From a virus, in the IMG/VR virus record IMGVR_UViG_3300025876_000005, positions 136,643 to 176,489 of that record: DNA of 39,847 nucleotides; one strand, written 5' to 3'. The notes under the pieces were generated by a model. It made no database searches, was not told the origin of the DNA, and saw only the letters and a program-made list of their open reading frames with translations. This document shows, piece by piece, positions 33,338 to 39,847 of this stretch. The position numbers and the translations under genes were made by a program. Position 1 is the first letter of the stretch. Each line of letters opens with the position of its first letter.

Positions 33338-34123
33338 AATTAAATTAACTAAATTATGAAATTAAGTTATATAATGCAATCATATCTTGGAGAATATCCA
33401 GGATCTAGAGAAAAATCAGATATTAAATTCTTAAGAGCTGTTTATTCTTTTATAAACCAAGATAATAAAAATTCAGAGCTCGTTATTGTTAGTGATGGCT
33501 GTGAAATAACACACATGTTATACCTTAAATATTTTAAGAGTAATGCTAGAATTAAGTATGTATATGTTGATAAAGATACACTCAATATGTATGAAGGTAA
33601 ACAAAGGTTCTATAGGGGTTTCCCTAGACAAGTTGGTAGATCTTTAGTAACCGGTGAAGTTACTACATATATAGATAGTGATGATTTTTTAATACCAAAT
33701 GCAACCGATGTGTTATTAAAAACATGGGAAATTGCAACACGTCAAAAAGAATATGGATTATGTATTAATCTGGCGTGGTATGATAATGTATCTATTAATT
33801 TTCAAGATCCTGTGTTTAGTTCATTAGAATCAGATAAAAATCCTATTAAGATAGATGGATTAGATTCTAAGTGGATTTCAGTCAAATTAAAGAAAGGATT
33901 GGTTTCATATGGTACTGTTGCAATATCACATCTTAGTAATAGCCCAGTAAAATGGAAAGATGTTGTAGGTGAAAAAACCGAAGATTTCGTATTTGGAAAA
34001 GGAAATAAAGAATATTATAAAGATCTTGTATTTTACATTAGTGAACCAATTTATGTTAGATGTCATGCAACTAAATATTGGGACTATTAAATAATCCATT
34101 CGGGCCATACTTATTAAGTTCAT
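33300..34123 (+). repeat. 36-bp direct repeats (33300-33335, 34088-34123; 1 mismatch) flanking GT2 gene
   Basis: TAAATAATCCATTCGGGCCATACTTATT(G/A)AGTTCAT. Confidence 0.9.
33356..34090 (+). CDS. Glycosyltransferase family 2-like
   Basis: LSYIM, RAV.S..NQ...SELVIVSDG, R..G....GE...YIDSDD, EDF. Confidence 0.8.
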   Translation: MKLSYIMQSYLGEYPGSREKSDIKFLRAVYSFINQDNKNSELVIVSDGCEITHMLYLKYFKSNARIKYVYVDKDTLNMYEGKQRFYRGFPRQVGRSLVTGEVTTYIDSDDFLIPNATDVLLKTWEIATRQKEYGLCINLAWYDNVSINFQDPVFSSLESDKNPIKIDGLDSKWISVKLKKGLVSYGTVAISHLSNSPVKWKDVVGEKTEDFVFGKGNKEYYKDLVFYISEPIYVRCHATKYWDY

Positions 34124-34125
34124 GA

Positions 34126-35295
34126 TTATATCAAATCATACCCATACTTTCTACAGTACTGGTTAATCCTAATCTTGCTCTTGGCCGGTATCTCACCAAA
34201 CTCAGCTATCATCTCCTCCCAGCTCTTATGTGCCCTTGTATTTTGCTTCTGGCCCAAGACCTCATCACTCCACTCTACGCCAACACCCATTGACTTAAGG
34301 TGCTCAAAAAGCTCTTGGCCCTCATCTTCTATCCTGTAGATTATCTCGGGCTCTAGCAGGCTAATCAAGTGCTCCCATCGCGCGATAGAGTTGATTGCAG
34401 TTACGATCGGGTTTTCCTTAACAACTACACCATTCTCTTTACGAAAGTCAATAGAGTGGCTCTGAATATCCTCTGTGTAAACACTAGAAGGTATAGCCTT
34501 TTTCGGGTCTCTAACGCAGTAAACGATATGTTTCCAGTCAAAGTCCTTAATGTCTACATCCTGCCAGAGCGACTTGCCAGCTGCCAGACTCCAGTCTACA
34601 GTGCCATCTTTACCCATTTTTTCATGCTTAACATCAAGGCCCCAACTCTGCAATAACTTAGCAGTATAACCAGTACCAGTCCTTGGATGCCCTAAGCCCA
34701 AGATCAACTTCTTCTTAGCAGCCTTCTTAGCCCTTAGCTCTTTAATCATCGTGAGGTTCTTAATGTAAGTCTTAATAATTTCAGCCTTAGCATCTACATC
34801 CGCATGATAGAATTGCCATGCCGCAGAGCTGGTAGTATTCTTAATCTTCTCCTCAAGCGCTAGTGTTTCCTCTTCAATCTGTTCAACTTGATCTTCAGCC
34901 TCAGCTGGTAATTCCACACCTAACTTAATCGCGACAATAATCATCAAAGCCCAGTTCCTATCATCATGCGCCTCAATCGCCTGGTCATAGAGTTCAGCAA
35001 TCCTAATCCTCTCTACATCACTTACATCAGCACCTAATTTATCTGGATGGCATTTAACTACAACCTTACGAAACAGTTTTTTCAACTCAGCATCAGAAGC
35101 TGATTCTTCGTGCTGCTCTTCGTCTTCTTCAGCCTCTTCTGTAGTAAAATCGGACTCTAAAATATTATCAGGCTTATTAGCATGGATTTCCCTAGACATT
35201 TCTTGATTTGCAGACTGACTGATCTCTTTTACATCTTGCCAATCCTCAAGCAGGAATTCATATTTTCTAATAAGTCTTTGAAGTTGTATATTCAT
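34126..35295 (-). CDS. J-domain-like (HPD) plus sulfotransferase-like fusion protein
   Basis: LKKLFRKVVVKCHPDKL; GLGHPRTGTG, HE, VRDP..AI.S, YRIED, ..KYGY. Confidence 0.7.
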   Translation of the reverse strand: MNIQLQRLIRKYEFLLEDWQDVKEISQSANQEMSREIHANKPDNILESDFTTEEAEEDEEQHEESASDAELKKLFRKVVVKCHPDKLGADVSDVERIRIAELYDQAIEAHDDRNWALMIIVAIKLGVELPAEAEDQVEQIEEETLALEEKIKNTTSSAAWQFYHADVDAKAEIIKTYIKNLTMIKELRAKKAAKKKLILGLGHPRTGTGYTAKLLQSWGLDVKHEKMGKDGTVDWSLAAGKSLWQDVDIKDFDWKHIVYCVRDPKKAIPSSVYTEDIQSHSIDFRKENGVVVKENPIVTAINSIARWEHLISLLEPEIIYRIEDEGQELFEHLKSMGVGVEWSDEVLGQKQNTRAHKSWEEMIAEFGEIPAKSKIRINQYCRKYGYDLI

Positions 35296-35436
35296 ATATT
35301 AAGCGTACTGATTTGGATATATATTCCAAACCAAAAATCTGCCCTTTAAATATTGCACGCAACATGTCTACTGACTAGTTGTGCCCGTGATATATAAAAG
35401 GAGCAGAAAAGCATTAGAAAATAAAAATATCGTTAG

Positions 35437-38400
35437 ATGTCAAAGATTAGAATTAAACAGATTAGTGAATTCGGTGTCACATCACCAAACCAGGGTGATT
35501 ATTTAGCCTATAATTCAACATCAGGTCAATTTGAAAACCAACCAGCGCCATTAGATGGAACAAGTGGTTCCAGTGGTACAAGTGGTATCGGAGGTAACTC
35601 ATTCTTCTATAACTACACAACAACAAGTCCTGCCATACTAACACAAGGTGAAGCGACAACAAACAGTAACTCAAACTGGGCTTCGGCAACAGTAATTTAC
35701 TATCACAAGACAGACAATAACAGTACACAATTAGGCTCATTCTGGAGCGGTTTAGGAGCAGGCAGTGTACTTAAGATATATGCTAATGCGGCGACATACG
35801 TTTACGAAATAAATTCTACACCGACTCTAACTGCACCAACTAGCGATGTATATGCAGTTAGTGTTACGCATCAGACCGGTAGTAGTGTACCAACATTGCC
35901 AGATGAATTACTTACAGAGGTAACATCAATAGGACAAGCAGGTACGAGCGGTTCATCCGGAACTAGTGGTTCTTCAGGAACAGACGGTACTGATGGAACT
36001 TCAGGCTCAAGCGGAACAGACGGTACAGACGGAACTTCAGGCTCAAGCGGAACAGACGGTACAGACGGAACTTCAGGCTCAAGCGGAACAGACGGTACGG
36101 ATGGAACAAGTGGTTCTTCAGGAACAGATGGTACGGATGGAACAAGTGGTTCTTCAGGAACAGACGGTACAGACGGAACTTCAGGTTCTTCAGGAACAGA
36201 CGGTACAGACGGAACTTCAGGTTCTTCGGGAACAGATGGAACAGACGGAACTTCAGGTTCAAGTGGAACAGATGGTACAGACGGAACTTCAGGTTCTTCG
36301 GGAACAGATGGAACAGACGGAACTTCAGGTTCTTCGGGAACAGATGGAACAGACGGAACTTCAGGCTCAAGCGGAACAGACGGTACAGACGGAACTTCAG
36401 GTTCTTCAGGAACAGACGGTACAGACGGAACTTCAGGTTCTTCGGGAACAGACGGAACAGATGGAACAAGCGGTTCTTCAGGAACAGACGGTACGGATGG
36501 AACAAGTGGTTCTTCAGGAACAGACGGTACAGATGGAACAAGCGGTTCTTCAGGAACAGACGGTACAGACGGAACTTCAGGCTCAAGCGGAACGGACGGA
36601 ACAGACGGAACTTCAGGTTCTTCGGGAACAGATGGAACAGACGGAACAGACGGAACAAGCGGTTCTTCAGGAACAGACGGTACTGATGGAACTTCAGGTT
36701 CTTCAGGAACAGACGGTACTGATGGAACTTCAGGTTCTTCAGGAACAGACGGTACAGACGGAACTTCAGGTTCTTCAGGAACAGACGGAACAGACGGAAC
36801 TTCAGGCTCTTCAGGAACAGATGGAACAGACGGAACTTCAGGCTCTTCGGGAACAGATGGAACAGACGGAACAAGCGGTTCTTCAGGAACAGACGGTACT
36901 GATGGAACAAGTGGTTCTTCAGGAACAGACGGAACAGACGGAACTTCTGGCAGCTCAGGAACAGACGGAACAGACGGAACTTCTGGCAGCTCAGGAACAG
37001 ACGGTACAGATGGAACAAGCGGTTCTTCAGGAACAGACGGTACAGATGGAACAAGCGGTTCTTCAGGAACAGACGGTACAGATGGAACAAGCGGTTCTTC
37101 AGGAACAGACGGTACAGACGGAACTTCAGGCTCAAGCGGAACGGACGGAACAGACGGAACTTCAGGCTCAAGCGGAACGGATGGAACAGACGGAACTTCA
37201 GGTTCTTCGGGAACAGACGGAACAGATGGAACAAGCGGTTCTTCAGGAACAGACGGTACTGATGGAACTTCAGGTTCTTCAGGAACAGACGGTACAGACG
37301 GAACTTCAGGTTCTTCGGGAACAGACGGTACAGACGGAACTTCAGGCTCAAGCGGAACAGACGGTACAGACGGAACTTCTGGCAGCTCAGGAACAGACGG
37401 TACAGACGGAACAAGCGGTTCTTCAGGAACAGATGGTACAGACGGAACTTCTGGCAGCTCAGGAACAGACGGTACAGACGGAACTTCAGGCTCAAGCGGA
37501 ACGGACGGAACAGACGGAACTTCAGGCTCTTCAGGAACAGACGGTACAGACGGAACTTCAGGTTCTTCAGGAACAGATGGTACGGACGGTACAGATGGAA
37601 CAAGCGGTTCTTCAGGAACAGACGGTACAGATGGTACTTCAGGAAGCTCAGGTACTTCAGGAACTTCAGGTACTTCAGGCAGCTCAGGTACAAGCGGTTC
37701 ATCTGGTAATGATGGTAATACTGCTGTATGGGAGCTTTCATCTACACAAGGTGCAATTCCAGCTAGCGGGCTTTTCTCAGTTAATAATTTATCTGATTTG
37801 AGCTTAGTAACCAATATTAAAATAAATGAAACAGATAAAAATCCAGGAATTAATAGAGAAGGTTACTTTGAAAAACTAGGTAATGGATCTATAATTACTA
37901 TATCTTATAATACAAACTCATTCTTCTACGAAATAACAGGTTCGACTAATAACGCAGGTTATTTTGAGTTTACTGTAACCTTTTTAAGTGGAATTAGTAC
38001 TTCAGGTTCAACTGGATCTGATTACTATGTTAAGTTCGACAGTGTAGGCGTATCAGGAACAAGTGGTTCATCAGGAACTTCAGGCTCAAGCGGAACGGAC
38101 GGTACAGATGGAACAAGCGGTTCTTCAGGAACAGACGGTACAGACGGAACTTCTGGCAGCTCAGGAACAGACGGTACTGATGGAACTTCTGGCAGCTCAG
38201 GAACAGACGGTACAGATGGAACAAGCGGTTCTTCAGGAACAGACGGTACAGACGGAACTTCTGGCAGCTCAGGAACAGACGGTACAGACGGAACTTCTGG
38301 CAGCTCAGGAACAGACGGTACAGATGGAACAAGCGGTTCTTCAGGAACAGACGGTACGGATGGAACAAGCGGTTCTTCAGGAACAGACGGTACAGACGGA

Positions 38401-39847
38401 ACTTCTGGCAGCTCAGGAACAGACGGTACTGATGGAACTTCAGGCTCAAGCGGAACAGACGGTACTGATGGAACAAGCGGTTCTTCAGGAACAGACGGCA
38501 CAGACGGAACTTCAGGTTCTTCAGGAACAGACGGAACAGACGGAACTTCAGGCTCTTCAGGTACAGACGGAACTTCTGGCAGCTCAGGAACAGACGGTAC
38601 AGATGGAACAAGCGGTTCTTCAGGAACAGATGGAACAGACGGAACTTCAGGCTCTTCAGGAACAGACGGTACTGATGGAACAAGCGGTTCTTCAGGAACA
38701 GACGGTACAGACGGAACTTCTGGCAGCTCAGGAACAGATGGAACTTCTGGCAGCTCAGGAACAGACGGTACTGATGGAACTTCAGGCTCTTCAGGAACAG
38801 ACGGAACTTCAGGCTCAAGCGGAACAGACGGTACAGATGGAACAAGCGGTTCTTCAGGAACAGACGGTACTGATGGAACTTCAGGTTCAAGTGGTACAGA
38901 TGGTACAGATGGAACTTCAGGTTCAAGTGGAACAGACGGTACTGATGGAACTTCAGGTTCTTCAGGAACAGACGGTACAGACGGAACTTCAGGTTCTTCA
39001 GGAACAGACGGTACTGATGGAACAAGTGGTTCTTCAGGAACAGACGGTACAGATGGAACTTCTGGCTCAAGCGGAACAGACGGTACTGATGGAACTTCTG
39101 GCAGCTCAGGAACAGACGGTACAGATGGAACTTCTGGCTCAAGCGGAACAGATGGCACAGACGGAACAAGCGGTTCAAGTGGAACAGATGGAACAGACGG
39201 AACTTCAGGCTCAAGCGGAATAGACGGTACAGACGGAACTTCTGGCAGCTCAGGAACAGACGGTACTGATGGAACTTCTGGCAGCTCAGGAACAGACGGT
39301 ACAGATGGAACTTCAGGCTCAAGCGGAACGGACGGTACAGATGGAACAAGCGGTTCTTCAGGAACAGACGGTACTGATGGAACTTCTGGCAGCTCAGGAA
39401 CAGACGGTACTGATGGAACAAGCGGTTCTTCAGGAACAGACGGTACTGATGGAACTTCGGGAACAGACGGTACAGATGGAACAAGTGGTTCTTCAGGAAC
39501 AGACGGTACAGATGGAACAAGTGGTTCTTCGGGAACAGATGGAACAGACGGAACTTCTGGCAGCTCAGGAACAGACGGTACTGATGGAACTTCAGGCTCT
39601 TCAGGAACAGACGGTACAGACGGAACTTCAGGCTCAAGCGGAACAGATGGAACAGATGGAACTTCAGGTTCAAGTGGAACAGACGGTACAGACGGAACTT
39701 CAGGTTCTTCAGGAACAGACGGAACAGACGGAACTTCTGGCAGCTCAGGAACAGACGGTACTGATGGAACTTCAGGCTCTTCAGGAACAGACGGTACAGA
39801 CGGAACTTCAGGCTCAAGCGGAACAGATGGAACAGATGGAACTTCAG
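35437..39847 (+). CDS. Giant Gly-X-Y fibre protein (>1470 aa, 3'-truncated; absent from ORF track)
   Basis: ATG35437 MSKIRIKQISEFGV..; frame open to window end; ([12 protein letters not shown])n blocks separated by about 110-aa domains. Confidence 0.9.
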   Translation, partial: MSKIRIKQISEFGVTSPNQGDYLAYNSTSGQFENQPAPLDGTSGSSGTSGIGGNSFFYNYTTTSPAILTQGEATTNSNSNWASATVIYYHKTDNNSTQLGSFWSGLGAGSVLKIYANAATYVYEINSTPTLTAPTSDVYAVSVTHQTGSSVPTLPDELLTEVTSIGQAGTSGSSGTSGSSGTDGTDGTSGSSGTDGTDGTSGSSGTDGTDGTSGSSGTDGTDGTSGSSGTDGTDGTSGSSGTDGTDGTSGSSGTDGTDGTSGSSGTDGTDGTSGSSGTDGTDGTSGSSGTDGTDGTSGSSGTDGTDGTSGSSGTDGTDGTSGSSGTDGTDGTSGSSGTDGTDGTSGSSGTDGTDGTSGSSGTDGTDGTSGSSGTDGTDGTSGSSGTDGTDGTSGSSGTDGTDGTDGTSGSSGTDGTDGTSGSSGTDGTDGTSGSSGTDGTDGTSGSSGTDGTDGTSGSSGTDGTDGTSGSSGTDGTDGTSGSSGTDGTDGTSGSSGTDGTDGTSGSSGTDGTDGTSGSSGTDGTDGTSGSSGTDGTDGTSGSSGTDGTDGTSGSSGTDGTDGTSGSSGTDGTDGTSGSSGTDGTDGTSGSSGTDGTDGTSGSSGTDGTDGTSGSSGTDGTDGTSGSSGTDGTDGTSGSSGTDGTDGTSGSSGTDGTDGTSGSSGTDGTDGTSGSSGTDGTDGTSGSSGTDGTDGTSGSSGTDGTDGTSGSSGTDGTDGTDGTSGSSGTDGTDGTSGSSGTSGTSGTSGSSGTSGSSGNDGNTAVWELSSTQGAIPASGLFSVNNLSDLSLVTNIKINETDKNPGINREGYFEKLGNGSIITISYNTNSFFYEITGSTNNAGYFEFTVTFLSGISTSGSTGSDYYVKFDSVGVSGTSGSSGTSGSSGTDGTDGTSGSSGTDGTDGTSGSSGTDGTDGTSGSSGTDGTDGTSGSSGTDGTDGTSGSSGTDGTDGTSGSSGTDGTDGTSGSSGTDGTDGTSGSSGTDGTDGTSGSSGTDGTDGTSGSSGTDGTDGTSGSSGTDGTDGTSGSSGTDGTDGTSGSSGTDGTSGSSGTDGTDGTSGSSGTDGTDGTSGSSGTDGTDGTSGSSGTDGTDGTSGSSGTDGTSGSSGTDGTDGTSGSSGTDGTSGSSGTDGTDGTSGSSGTDGTDGTSGSSGTDGTDGTSGSSGTDGTDGTSGSSGTDGTDGTSGSSGTDGTDGTSGSSGTDGTDGTSGSSGTDGTDGTSGSSGTDGTDGTSGSSGTDGTDGTSGSSGTDGTDGTSGSSGIDGTDGTSGSSGTDGTDGTSGSSGTDGTDGTSGSSGTDGTDGTSGSSGTDGTDGTSGSSGTDGTDGTSGSSGTDGTDGTSGTDGTDGTSGSSGTDGTDGTSGSSGTDGTDGTSGSSGTDGTDGTSGSSGTDGTDGTSGSSGTDGTDGTSGSSGTDGTDGTSGSSGTDGTDGTSGSSGTDGTDGTSGSSGTDGTDGTSGSSGTDGTDGTS
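35941..37707 (+). repeat. 36-bp coding tandem repeat block 1 ([12 protein letters not shown])
   Basis: ggaacagacggtacagacggaacttcaggttcttca with synonymous variants. Confidence 0.95.
38047..39847 (+). repeat. 36-bp coding tandem repeat block 2
   Basis: Same unit with occasional 9-bp indels; runs off window. Confidence 0.95.

Noticed and set aside
35871-39817. Long ORFs 35871-37814(-), 35963-37741(-), 35966-37801(+), 38025-39158(-), 38030-39817(-), 38063-39223(+)
   Set aside because: Confined to the repeats; third-position variation is synonymous in the GTDGTSGSS frame from 35437, which alone stays open through the unique domains.
1-39847. Bacterial chromosome origin (tRNAs, serA, clpCP)
   Set aside because: Dense small hypothetical genes, repeated phage-type promoters, ATP-dependent ligase, gp42-like enzyme and fibre genes indicate a large phage, though no capsid or terminase gene is in the window.

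Overview
Fragment of a large (jumbo-type) lytic phage genome, most likely infecting Bacteroidota (TAnnTTTG-like early promoters, AT-rich leaders without Shine-Dalgarno, Bacteroidota-type SerA). Nearly everything is on the + strand. (1) 1-3850: dense RNA array of 19 conventional tRNAs, 2 aberrant tRNAs, one partial tRNA, several structured ncRNA candidates, armless tRNA-like mini-RNAs and boxA-like sites. At its head is a 28-codon leader ORF containing all 20 amino acids and overlapping an antiterminator/terminator switch, a candidate pan-tRNA-sensing attenuator (top finding). (2) 3.9-17 kb: serA, ATP-dependent DNA ligase, many small early genes behind repeated promoters, UDG-like, HAD, metallophosphoesterase, DEDD exonuclease, YkuK RNase H and an integron-like cassette remnant. 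(3) 17-22 kb: ClpC-like ATPase, T4 gp42-like dCMP hydroxymethylase, ClpP. (4) 22-39.8 kb: late region with Pro-poor Gly-X-Y (GTS/GSS/GTD) fibre proteins, including an unlisted >1470-aa ORF running off the end, glycosyltransferase-like genes and a J-domain/sulfotransferase-like fusion. All calls come from reading motifs by eye; no searches were run.
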